Assembly: GCA_022739095.1 (NCBI GenBank)
Contig: JAIJEI010000001.1
Coordinates: forward strand, 102-64,101
Source: Bifidobacterium sp.
GTDB taxonomy: Bacteria; Actinomycetota; Actinomycetes; Actinomycetales; Bifidobacteriaceae
Direction: 5' to 3'
DNA length: 64,000 bases
Shown here piece by piece: positions 27,813-36,688 of the stretch. A model generated the notes under the pieces. That model saw nothing but the letters and a program-made list of their open reading frames with translations. It was not told the origin of the DNA and ran no database searches. Made by a program: the position numbers and the translations under genes. Position 1 is the first letter of the stretch. Every line of letters starts with the position of its first letter.

Positions 27813-28109
27813 CCGTCGCCATTCCGCCAAACCTTGGCCGGTTGGCGACGCTCATGGATGCTTGCGTCGCCAACCTGCCAAAAGCTGGCAAGACGGCGAC
27901 GCTCAAACCGCTTAGCGGCGCTACCTTGCCAGTGTTTGGTCGGATAACGACGCTAAAAGGCGTCTTAGCGTCGCCGAGTCGCCATGGACTGGCCTCTTGA
28001 CTACGCTGACGTGTCGTGAGCGTCGCTGTCCTGCCAAACCTTGGACGGTTGGCGACACTGGGTCCCGCAATCGCTGCCGACCTGCCAGTCCGTGGCGGCT
28101 TGACAACGC
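27813..28109. repeat. Array of six degenerate 39-bp palindromic units, period 51-53 bp
   Basis: Units start 27813, 27864, 27915, 27968, 28020, 28071; consensus GCGTCGC-N6-GCCA-N5-TGGC-N6-GCGACGC. Confidence 0.85.
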
Positions 28110-28164
28110 GGGGATGCTGTTCTTCGGACTTGGACCCCACAAAACGACTGAAAAACGTGAAGCC

Positions 28165-28228
28165 ATAGCTTCGTATAAACGAACGATATAACAACACCGG
28201 TCAGACTGCAATCATTTTGCGTTAAGGT
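28165..28228 (+). promoter_or_regulatory. ATA-N7-ATA-N9-TATA box plus -10 TAAGGT (28223)
   Basis: ATA GCTTCGT ATA AACGAACGA TATAACAACACCGG; TTGCGTTAAGGTCG shared with the 1995 promoter. Confidence 0.78.
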
Positions 28229-28376
28229 CGGGAAACGGAACGCGAGAGGAACGAATGCGCGACATCAGACTTCCGCGTCATCTTGACTGGCAATCAGTCA
28301 TCGGACGAATCGGTGTGATTCCACAATGATCAGTTCCGGTGAGACATGATTGCGTTCACGCAACAAGAGGGGAAAC

Positions 28377-30122
28377 ATGGCAATATCAACCAAGCCGCAG
28401 CTTATTGCCCGCGGCATTAAAGCATTGGCGGTGACACTCGTCGCCGCCACCGTGCTCGCAGGATGCGGTGCGGCCGGCAATTCCAAGAACAACAGTGCCA
28501 CTCAATCTTCGGGTAACGTGCAGGCCATCAAGAACGAGACGATAAAGGCTACGGACCCGTCCAAGAGCCCGGCCAACGCCAACAAGCGTACCGACACGTT
28601 CGTTGCCGCCATCAAGAACCCAGGTGGCGTGTTCCTGCCGTACTTCTACCGCAACGCATGGGATGAGAACATCAATCAGCCGATTTTCGCCGCATTGGTC
28701 GTCTATGACAAGGACGGCAACCCCGTGGGCGATCTGGCCAAATCGTGGGAAGTGTCTAAAGACAACCTCACCTACACCTACCATCTTCGCGACAGCGCGA
28801 AGTTCTCTGATGGAACTCCAGTGACCGCCGACGATGTGGCTTTCACGCTGACCCTTGAAAATGACCCGGCCTACAACTTCGGCCTCGCCGACTTTACCGA
28901 CATCGGCATCAAGGGTGTTGCGGATTACCAATCCGGCAAGGCCGATTCGATTTCCGGCATCAAGGTCGTGGATGACAAGACCGTTTCCGTCACCACCGAA
29001 AAAGTCAACCCTGTGGCGCTAACCACCATCGGCAGCTACGTGCTGTCCAAGAAGTACTACGGCAAGGACTACCAGCGCGGCAAGCTCTATTACCTGCAGC
29101 AGTTCTACGACAAGCCACTGGGTGCCGGTCCCTACGAGCTCGACAAGTACGTGCCCGGCCAGGAAGTGCGATACAAGGCGAATCCGAACTATTATGGCGG
29201 CAAGCCAAAGATCGAACACCTAATCTTCAAGGTCGTCACCGATGACACGGCGCTCCAGTCCTACCAGAATGGCGATACCGATACCGACGTGTTCATTCCG
29301 GATTCCGATGTGCTGTCCCAGCTCAAGGACTTCGGTTGGTCGGATGTGAACATCCGTACCAATCCGTACTACTCCTATTCCGAGTTCAACACCAAGAAGC
29401 CATACCTAACCAAGGAAGTGCGTCAGGCGCTGTACTACGGCCTCGATCGCAAGCAGATTGTCGCCGCTTGGTACAAGGGCTACGGCGAAGTGGCCAATGT
29501 ATACGCTCCGCCGAGCAACTGGGCATACTCCACCAAGGGCGTGAACACCTACGAATACAATCCCGACAAGGCCAACGAGCTTCTGGACAAGGCTGGTTGG
29601 AAGAAGGGCCCCGACAGCATTCGTGAGAAGGACGGCAAGAAGCTCAGCCTGGTCTACGTGACCAAGGACCAGACCGACCCGATCATCAGCATCGGCAAGG
29701 AACAGTGGAAGAAGATCGGCGTCGACCTGCAGGCCACGGTCACCGATCAGAACACGGAGACCACGCGGTTGAAGTCCGGTGACTACGATTTGATTACCTT
29801 CCGTACCTCGGTCATCAACGATCCGTATGAAGCGGTCAAGCCATTCGGTACCACTGACCCGCAGGTCAATGATAACGGCTACGACAATGCCACGGTTCGT
29901 AAGCTGGTCAAGGAAAGCATCGCCAAGTCCGACCGCGCCAGCCGTGAGCCGATTTATCAGAAGATCTATCAGGAACTCAGCAACGATCCGCCGTATCTGC
30001 TCATTGGATACATCAAGGGCTTCAATGCCTGGAACGATCGTATTCAGAATGGTGACAAGTTCTTCCGCGGAACCGGTGACTCGGCGATTCAGCTGGCAAA
30101 GCTGTCCATCAAGAACCAGTGA
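28377..30122 (+). CDS. Opp/Dpp-family ABC substrate-binding lipoprotein
   Basis: Lipobox LAGC; LAKSWEVS, FSDGTPVTADDV, GAGPY, VRQALYYGLDR. Confidence 0.9.
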   Translation: MAISTKPQLIARGIKALAVTLVAATVLAGCGAAGNSKNNSATQSSGNVQAIKNETIKATDPSKSPANANKRTDTFVAAIKNPGGVFLPYFYRNAWDENINQPIFAALVVYDKDGNPVGDLAKSWEVSKDNLTYTYHLRDSAKFSDGTPVTADDVAFTLTLENDPAYNFGLADFTDIGIKGVADYQSGKADSISGIKVVDDKTVSVTTEKVNPVALTTIGSYVLSKKYYGKDYQRGKLYYLQQFYDKPLGAGPYELDKYVPGQEVRYKANPNYYGGKPKIEHLIFKVVTDDTALQSYQNGDTDTDVFIPDSDVLSQLKDFGWSDVNIRTNPYYSYSEFNTKKPYLTKEVRQALYYGLDRKQIVAAWYKGYGEVANVYAPPSNWAYSTKGVNTYEYNPDKANELLDKAGWKKGPDSIREKDGKKLSLVYVTKDQTDPIISIGKEQWKKIGVDLQATVTDQNTETTRLKSGDYDLITFRTSVINDPYEAVKPFGTTDPQVNDNGYDNATVRKLVKESIAKSDRASREPIYQKIYQELSNDPPYLLIGYIKGFNAWNDRIQNGDKFFRGTGDSAIQLAKLSIKNQ

Positions 30123-30250
30123 CGACATTCCACACGAGATGACGCCTCGCGGCATGGACCCAATAGGTCTGTGTCACGAGGCGTCTCGCCGTGCAGAGTG
30201 ACATCCCGCCTTCCACCCAAACCCCCACTAGGCATAAGGCTCATTAATCC

Positions 30251-31228
30251 ATGCTACGTTACACGCTCCAACGTTTTCTGCTGATGATACCCACCCTCAT
30301 CGGCGTATCCATACTGGTCTTCGCGCTGTTCGCGATGATGCCAGGTGATTTCTTCTCCGGAGACACCAAACTCACCCAGGTGCGACTCGACCAATTGCGT
30401 GAGGCCTATGGCCTCAACAAGCCGGTTCTGGAACGTTACTTCTTGTGGGTAAGTCAACTGCTGCATGGTGACTGGGGTTTCTCCATGCAATACAACCAGC
30501 CGGTATCCAAGGTCATCGGCACCTATATCTGGAACTCGTTCCTCGTGTCGTTCGGGGCATTCATCATCGCGTGGGCCTTGGCCATCGCGGTGAGCATCTA
30601 TTCCGCCCGCCACAAGTATTCACTGTTTGACCGCATAATCACTTTCGTCGTGTTTGCGGTGATGTCGCTGCCATCGTTCTTCGTGGGCTTGGTGCTTATC
30701 AAGACTTTCTCCATCAATCTCGGCATCATGCCGGTCGGCGGACTGATCACCATCGGATCCATCTACACGGGAGCACGGTATTGGTTCGATGTACTGCACC
30801 ATGCCATCCTGCCGATGCTGGTGATCGTATGCGTGAACTTCGGCCCGTTGACCCGTTACTTCCGCACCAGCATGCTGGATACCCTGAGTATGGACTTCAT
30901 TCGTACTGCCAGAGCAAAAGGATTGCCCGAATCACAGGTCATCTACAAGCACGCGTTGAAAAACGCGATGCTGCCGGCGATTACCCTGCTGGGATTCCGT
31001 TTGCCGGCCCTGTTCTCGGGCGCGATCATCACCGAGCAGGTGTCCAGCTGGCCGGGTATCGGACGCATCCAATTCGAATCGGTGACCACCCGTGACTATG
31101 CGTTGCTGATGTCCATTACCATGCTGCTGGCCATTCTGACGGTTGTGGGCAATTTCATCGCCGACGTTTTGTACACGATGGCCGATCCTCGTGTACGTAT
31201 CACGCGAGCAAAGGGGAGTGCCAAGTGA
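30251..31228 (+). CDS. OppB-like permease
   Basis: MPGD, GLNKP, FIRTARAKGL, DPRV. Confidence 0.9.
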   Translation: MLRYTLQRFLLMIPTLIGVSILVFALFAMMPGDFFSGDTKLTQVRLDQLREAYGLNKPVLERYFLWVSQLLHGDWGFSMQYNQPVSKVIGTYIWNSFLVSFGAFIIAWALAIAVSIYSARHKYSLFDRIITFVVFAVMSLPSFFVGLVLIKTFSINLGIMPVGGLITIGSIYTGARYWFDVLHHAILPMLVIVCVNFGPLTRYFRTSMLDTLSMDFIRTARAKGLPESQVIYKHALKNAMLPAITLLGFRLPALFSGAIITEQVSSWPGIGRIQFESVTTRDYALLMSITMLLAILTVVGNFIADVLYTMADPRVRITRAKGSAK

Positions 31229-32175
31229 GCGTTCGACTGCCATTCGCATCCCGCAAAACCAATGCCGAACGGGATGAAAAACTCGCTCGGGATACGACTT
31301 GCGCCGGTGGCTCGCTGTGGCGTGACGCGATGCGTTCGTTCCTGCACAACCGGTCCGCGATCATCGCATTGACCATCTTGGCGATTATCGTGCTGATCAG
31401 CTATGTCGGTCCTCTGCTCTCTCCCTACGGGTTCGAGGATTACGACGTGATGAACATCAAGCAGGGGCCGAGTCTGGCTCATCTGCTTGGCACCGACAAT
31501 TATGGTCGAGACGTATTCACCCGTGTGATGTACGCCGGCCGAATCTCCATTGCTATCGGTCTGATTTCGATGATTGTCTCAGTGGTATTCGGCGCGGTAT
31601 TGGGTGTCGTATCCGGCTACTTCGGCGGCTGGGTGGACGGCATTATCATGCGCATTGCTGATATCGTGCTGTCCATTCCGAGCATGCCGCTTATGTTCAT
31701 CATCGCGGCCCTGCTCAGCGCCTTCAAAGTGCCCAATGACGCCAAGGTGTATTTCGTGGTCATCATGCTGAGCTTTGTCGGATGGCCGAGCATTGCTCGT
31801 ATGATTCGAGGACAGGTGCTTTCCATCCGTGAGCGGATGTATGTGCGGGCCGCAGATGTACTCGGTCTGGGCCTGGGCTCCAAATTGTTCCGACACATAC
31901 TGCCGAACACGTATCCGATTCTTATCGTTGAAGCCACGCTGGCCACCGCCAACGGCATCATGAACGAATCCGCCTTGAGCTTCCTTGGCCTCGGTGTCAT
32001 GCAGCCGACGCCTTCCTGGGGCAACATGATTTCGGCGGCCAACAACCTCATCGATTTCCAGATGCATCCTTGGCTATGGATCTCGCCTGGTATCGCGGTG
32101 TTCGCCACGGTCATCGCCATCAACACCATTGGCGACAGGTTGCGCGACGCTTTCGACCCCAAACAGTATTCGTGA
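31225..32175 (+). CDS. OppC-like permease
   Basis: HLLGTDNYGRD, RHILPN, PSWG, GDRLRDAFDP. Confidence 0.9.
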   Translation: MSVRLPFASRKTNAERDEKLARDTTCAGGSLWRDAMRSFLHNRSAIIALTILAIIVLISYVGPLLSPYGFEDYDVMNIKQGPSLAHLLGTDNYGRDVFTRVMYAGRISIAIGLISMIVSVVFGAVLGVVSGYFGGWVDGIIMRIADIVLSIPSMPLMFIIAALLSAFKVPNDAKVYFVVIMLSFVGWPSIARMIRGQVLSIRERMYVRAADVLGLGLGSKLFRHILPNTYPILIVEATLATANGIMNESALSFLGLGVMQPTPSWGNMISAANNLIDFQMHPWLWISPGIAVFATVIAINTIGDRLRDAFDPKQYS

Positions 32176-32254
32176 CATGTGGTCGAATAATCCGAATCAT
32201 GCGGTCATGCACCACGGTGCAGGTAACACGTGCAGGTAACACGAGGGAACATTT

Positions 32255-34090
32255 ATGAGCATTATAGTATCAAACAAAACAGCACATAAAGAGGACAAAG
32301 TCGATGATTCCGATGACATCGTACTTGGTGTGCGCCACCTGAAAACATACTTTTATCCGGATGACGGCTCCGTACGCAAAGCCGTGGATAACATCAGCTT
32401 TGACGTTCGCCGAGGACGCGTGTGCTGTTTGATCGGCGAATCCGGTTCCGGGAAAAGCGCCACGGCCATGTCTTTGATCAATCTGATCGATCGGCCCGGC
32501 CGCATCGAATCCGGCGAAGTGCTGTTCGAAGGGCGTGATCTGCTGACCTTGGATGTCAAGCAGATGCGCGAGGTGCGAGGTGCCGATATCGGGCTCATCT
32601 TCCAGGAACCGATGCATTCCCTTGACCCGGTGTTCACCATTGGCGACCAGCTTGTTGAAACCATTCTGGCCCATGCCGATGTTCCCCGTCCGGAAGCCGA
32701 GACACAGGCGATTGCATGGCTCAAACGTGTCGAACTGCCGAACCCCGAACTCATCATGACGGCCTACCCGCATGAGTTGAGCGGTGGCATGCTGCAACGA
32801 GCGATGATTGCCATCGCCTTGTGCTGCGAGCCCCGCCTGCTTATCGCCGATGAACCGACCACGGCATTGGACGTTACCGTGCAGGCTCAGATTCTGCGTC
32901 TGTTGGTCCGACTCAAGAACGAAATCGGATTGTCGGTGCTGTTCATTACCCACGATTTGGGCGTGGTGGCCGAAATCGTGGATGACGTACTGGTCATGTA
33001 TGACGGTCATATCGTGGAACGCAACACGGTGGAGAACATCTTCGACCATCCCAAGCATCCATATACCAAGGCCTTGTTGTTGACCCGACCCATCATCGGG
33101 CAAAAACTCAAGCGGTTGCCCACTTTGCATGAGGTCATGCGGGAAGTGGATGACGGTGAAATCACCCAGCCACAGGACTGGAGCACCTTGGCCACCACCG
33201 TGGAAGACGATTCGATTGCCGAGGTGGGTGAACGCTCCCGGTCCGGCACTGACGATTCATGCCAGACTAAGGAGCATCAGGGCCAGCCTATTCTTCACGT
33301 AAGCCATCTGAAGAAATACTACGAACGGGTGCATGGTTTCGGCTTGCGTGGCAACAATGTGAAAAAGGCCGTGGACGATGCCAGCTTCGACGTGTATCGC
33401 GGCGAAACGGTCGGCCTGGTGGGGGAGTCAGGCAGCGGCAAAACCACTACCGGACAGACGGTGCTGCGTCTCGATGCCAAAACCGATGGTGAGGTGCTGT
33501 TCGGCGGCGAGGATATCTTCTCGCTCAGCAATACCAAACTGGCCCGAATGCGCACCCGCATGCAGTACGTGTTCCAAGACCCATACAGTGCGCTTAACCC
33601 AAGGCTGAAGATCGGCTCGGCCATCGGAGAGGCGTTGCTGCATCACAAGCTGGCCACGAAACGTGACGTCACCGATAAGGTGGTGGAAACGCTGGAACTG
33701 TGCGGCATGGACTCCTCCTGCCTCAATCGGTACCCGCAAGAGTTTTCGGGCGGTCAGCGACAGCGCATCGTCATCGCCCGTGCCATGGCCTTGCAGCCGG
33801 AGTTTGTGGTGGCTGACGAACCGGTGTCCGCCTTGGACGTATCCATCCAGGCAGAGATCATCAACCTGTTCAGCGAACTGCAACATACTCGTGATGTATC
33901 GTTCCTGTTCATCTCCCATGACCTAAGTGTGGTGGAGCATATCTGCTCGTCGATTCTGGTCATGCATAATGGGCGGATTGTGGAATCCGGTTCGGTGCAT
34001 GACGTATTCGACCATCCCCAGGATGAGTACACCAAGAGTCTGTTGGATTCGATTCCCGCAAGCCACCCCAAATACCGCACGATCGCCTGA
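32255..34090 (+). CDS. Fused OppD/OppF ATP-binding protein
   Basis: Two GESGSGK Walker A motifs; LSGGMLQR and FSGGQRQR. Confidence 0.9.
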   Translation: MSIIVSNKTAHKEDKVDDSDDIVLGVRHLKTYFYPDDGSVRKAVDNISFDVRRGRVCCLIGESGSGKSATAMSLINLIDRPGRIESGEVLFEGRDLLTLDVKQMREVRGADIGLIFQEPMHSLDPVFTIGDQLVETILAHADVPRPEAETQAIAWLKRVELPNPELIMTAYPHELSGGMLQRAMIAIALCCEPRLLIADEPTTALDVTVQAQILRLLVRLKNEIGLSVLFITHDLGVVAEIVDDVLVMYDGHIVERNTVENIFDHPKHPYTKALLLTRPIIGQKLKRLPTLHEVMREVDDGEITQPQDWSTLATTVEDDSIAEVGERSRSGTDDSCQTKEHQGQPILHVSHLKKYYERVHGFGLRGNNVKKAVDDASFDVYRGETVGLVGESGSGKTTTGQTVLRLDAKTDGEVLFGGEDIFSLSNTKLARMRTRMQYVFQDPYSALNPRLKIGSAIGEALLHHKLATKRDVTDKVVETLELCGMDSSCLNRYPQEFSGGQRQRIVIARAMALQPEFVVADEPVSALDVSIQAEIINLFSELQHTRDVSFLFISHDLSVVEHICSSILVMHNGRIVESGSVHDVFDHPQDEYTKSLLDSIPASHPKYRTIA

Positions 34091-34202
34091 ATTGGCGGGT
34101 GGTATAGATTTTTCGTATGCGGGTGGGGGCGTGGCCTGTGCCGGAACGTGGTGGTATGGGTGCAGGGCATCCATGCTGAACATCAAAGACGGGGGAAACA
34201 AT

Positions 34203-35384
34203 ATGACGAACACTGAACTGCAGCGTCAGCTGGAAACGTACTACACGTGGTTCCATCAGCATCCCGAGCCGGCGTATCAGGAGACCGAAACCACGGCGCA
34301 CATCAAGGAGATCCTGGATGAACATGGCATCGAGATTCTGGACAGCGGGCTGAAGACCGGGCTCATCGCCATTATTCGGGGCGAGGGCGAGTCCGCGGGT
34401 GTCGGCCATGTGGTGGCGGTGCGTGGGGACATCGATGTGCTGCCCATCCTGGAACAGACCGGCGTGCCGTACGAGTCGCTGAACAAGGGCTATCTACACG
34501 GCTGCGGGCATGACTACAACCTGACCGTCGCGCTAGGTGCTGCACTACTGCTGAACGAGCGCAAGGCGGACTTCACCGGCGAGGTCAAGGTGATCTTCCA
34601 GCCGGCCGAGGAGCTGGCCGCCACCAAGGAGGTGCCCACCGGCGCGGTCACCGTAATCAACACGGGAGCCCTGGACGATGTCGAGGCGTTTTTCGGCACG
34701 CATGACACCAACCAGGGCGAGCCCGGCACCGCGTTCATCTCCGCCGGGCCGGACAGCGGCGCGGTCGACAAATACCGCATCACCGTGCATGGGCGAGGCA
34801 GCCATGCCGCTCATCCCAACGGCGGGGCCAACCCGATTCGCGTGGCCGCCGCACTCATCGAAGGCATCCAGTCGATCGCCGGGCAGGACGTGGACCCGGT
34901 GCATCCCCGCGTCGCCACCGTCACGCATGTGGAGGCGGGCAGCACCTGGAATGTGATTCCGGCGACGGCCTTCCTCGAAGGCACCGCGCGCACCGCATTC
35001 CCCGAAGACCGCACGCTGATCCACGACCGGCTGCAGGCCATCGTGCAGGGCACCGCCGCGGCATACGGCGTCACCGCGGACTTCGCATGGGAGTACGGCT
35101 CGCCGTCGGTCGTCAACGATGCCGATTGGTCGGCTCTGTTCGCCGCCACGGCCAGCGAGCTGGGACTGGACGTCCGGCCATCGCAGCCATCGCTCGGCGG
35201 CGAGGATTTCTCGTACTACCTCGCCAAGGCGCCGGGCGCATTCGTCCATCTCGGCGTCGGCAACGGCGACCGGCCGATGCACGGGCCCACGTTCTATGCC
35301 AAGCTCGACGCCATCGCCACCGGTGCGGATGCGCTGGCCACCACGGCGCAACGTGCGCTCGCACGGCTGGGCGAGGTCAGGTAG
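34203..35384 (+). CDS. M20D amidohydrolase (YxeP/SndA-like), paralog 2
   Basis: FHQHPE, HGCGHD, FQPAEE, GGEDFSYY; shares the PTGAV segment with 12915-14123. Confidence 0.88.
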   Translation: MTNTELQRQLETYYTWFHQHPEPAYQETETTAHIKEILDEHGIEILDSGLKTGLIAIIRGEGESAGVGHVVAVRGDIDVLPILEQTGVPYESLNKGYLHGCGHDYNLTVALGAALLLNERKADFTGEVKVIFQPAEELAATKEVPTGAVTVINTGALDDVEAFFGTHDTNQGEPGTAFISAGPDSGAVDKYRITVHGRGSHAAHPNGGANPIRVAAALIEGIQSIAGQDVDPVHPRVATVTHVEAGSTWNVIPATAFLEGTARTAFPEDRTLIHDRLQAIVQGTAAAYGVTADFAWEYGSPSVVNDADWSALFAATASELGLDVRPSQPSLGGEDFSYYLAKAPGAFVHLGVGNGDRPMHGPTFYAKLDAIATGADALATTAQRALARLGEVR

Positions 35385-35537
35385 CGCCCAACGGTACGAG
35401 ACTGTTCGCCAGATGCGTTGCCGAATCGCGTCCGTACACAAATGCGTACAATTCCGGGCGATTTGTCCGTCGGCTGATACGATGGGAATCACCAGCCGGA
35501 ACCGAAGGCGGTCCCGACGTGTACTGAAAGGAAAGCC

Positions 35538-36449
35538 ATGTCCGTGATTTTTGGGGGAGCGATGATTACCTTTCTTGTCATCCTCGCCATCATCATCGTG
35601 CTGCTGTTCGCCTCGTTGTTCATCGTGCCGCAGCAGCAGGCATACATCATCGAACGATTCGGCAAGTATCTGAAGGTCCAGTTCGCCGGCATCCATATTC
35701 GTATCCCGTTCGTCGACCGCATCGCCATGAAAACCAACATGCGTGTCAACCAGCTCAACGTGCAGCTGGAGACCAAGACGCTCGACAACGTGTTCGTCAC
35801 CGTCGTGGCTTCCACCCAGTTCCGCGTGAACCCGAACGACGTGGCAACCGCCTACTACGAGCTGCGCGATCCGGCCGGTCAGTTGAGAAGCTACATGGAG
35901 GACGCGCTGCGTTCCGCCATTCCGGCCCTGACCTTGGACGATGCCTTTGCCCGCAAGGACGATGTGGCGTTCGACGTGCAGAAGACCGTGGGCGCCGAGA
36001 TGAGCCGGTTCGGTTTCACCGTGGTCAAGACGCTGATCACCGCCATCGACCCGAGCCCGCAGGTCAAGAACGCGATGGACTCCATCAACGCCGCCCAGCG
36101 CGAGAAGGAAGCCACCCGCCAGCGCGCCGAGGCCCAACGCATCCAGATCGAGACCCAGGCCGCCGCCGAAGCCGAGAAGACCCGACTGCAGGGTGAAGGC
36201 CAGGCCAACTACCGCCGTGAGATCGCCAACGGTATCGTCGACCAGATCAAGAGCCTGCAGGCCGTGGGCATGAGTATCAACGACGTGAACAACGTGGTGC
36301 TGTTCAACCAGTATCTTGACGTGATGCGCTCGTTGAGCGAATCGAACAACACCAAGACCGTGGTGCTGCCAGCTTCCACGCCCGGCGGTTATCAGAATCT
36401 CTACGAGCAGGTCACCAAGGCCATGCTCACCGCGGCCGAGACGAAGTAA
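35538..36449 (+). CDS. SPFH/band 7 domain protein
   Basis: N-terminal TM, IIERFGKY, ETKTLDNVFV, coiled-coil AEA repeats; alternative start 35562. Confidence 0.9.
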   Translation: MSVIFGGAMITFLVILAIIIVLLFASLFIVPQQQAYIIERFGKYLKVQFAGIHIRIPFVDRIAMKTNMRVNQLNVQLETKTLDNVFVTVVASTQFRVNPNDVATAYYELRDPAGQLRSYMEDALRSAIPALTLDDAFARKDDVAFDVQKTVGAEMSRFGFTVVKTLITAIDPSPQVKNAMDSINAAQREKEATRQRAEAQRIQIETQAAAEAEKTRLQGEGQANYRREIANGIVDQIKSLQAVGMSINDVNNVVLFNQYLDVMRSLSESNNTKTVVLPASTPGGYQNLYEQVTKAMLTAAETK

Positions 36450-36480
36450 TCACCCCGTTTGCAAATCCTCATCCATCGAT

Positions 36481-36511
36481 AGTGAAGCCCCTCCAAGCGA
36501 GGGGCTTCACT
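36481..36511. terminator. Hairpin terminator after the SPFH gene
   Basis: AGTGAAGCCCCTC / GAGGGGCTTCACT perfect 13-bp stem. Confidence 0.75.
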
Positions 36512-36523
36512 GCGTTCCGCGCT

Positions 36524-36688
36524 GATTCCGACAAGTGCGCAAATGGGCCGTATGCAGATTGTGACGAGTGTGAGAATCATCTACTTATAGATTGTGACGA
36601 ATGTGAAAATACGGCATTTATAGAACTTGATAAGTGTAAAATACAGGATATTACAAAATCAGACGAGTGTGAAACGAAGGGGTGGAAC
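36524..36688 (+). repeat. Five tandem degenerate 33-bp units ending at the start codon of the ATPase gene
   Basis: Core GAYRARTGY at 36530, 36563, 36596, 36629, 36662. Confidence 0.85.

Noticed and set aside
27813..28109. CRISPR array
   Set aside because: Units are degenerate, linkers are only 12-14 bp, and there is no cas gene in the window
36482..36688. Cys-rich N-terminal extension (DCDEC repeats) of the ATPase
   Set aside because: The GTG lies inside a terminator stem with no RBS; a 33-bp period keeps the frame open trivially; the family-like start is MLKRK at 36689
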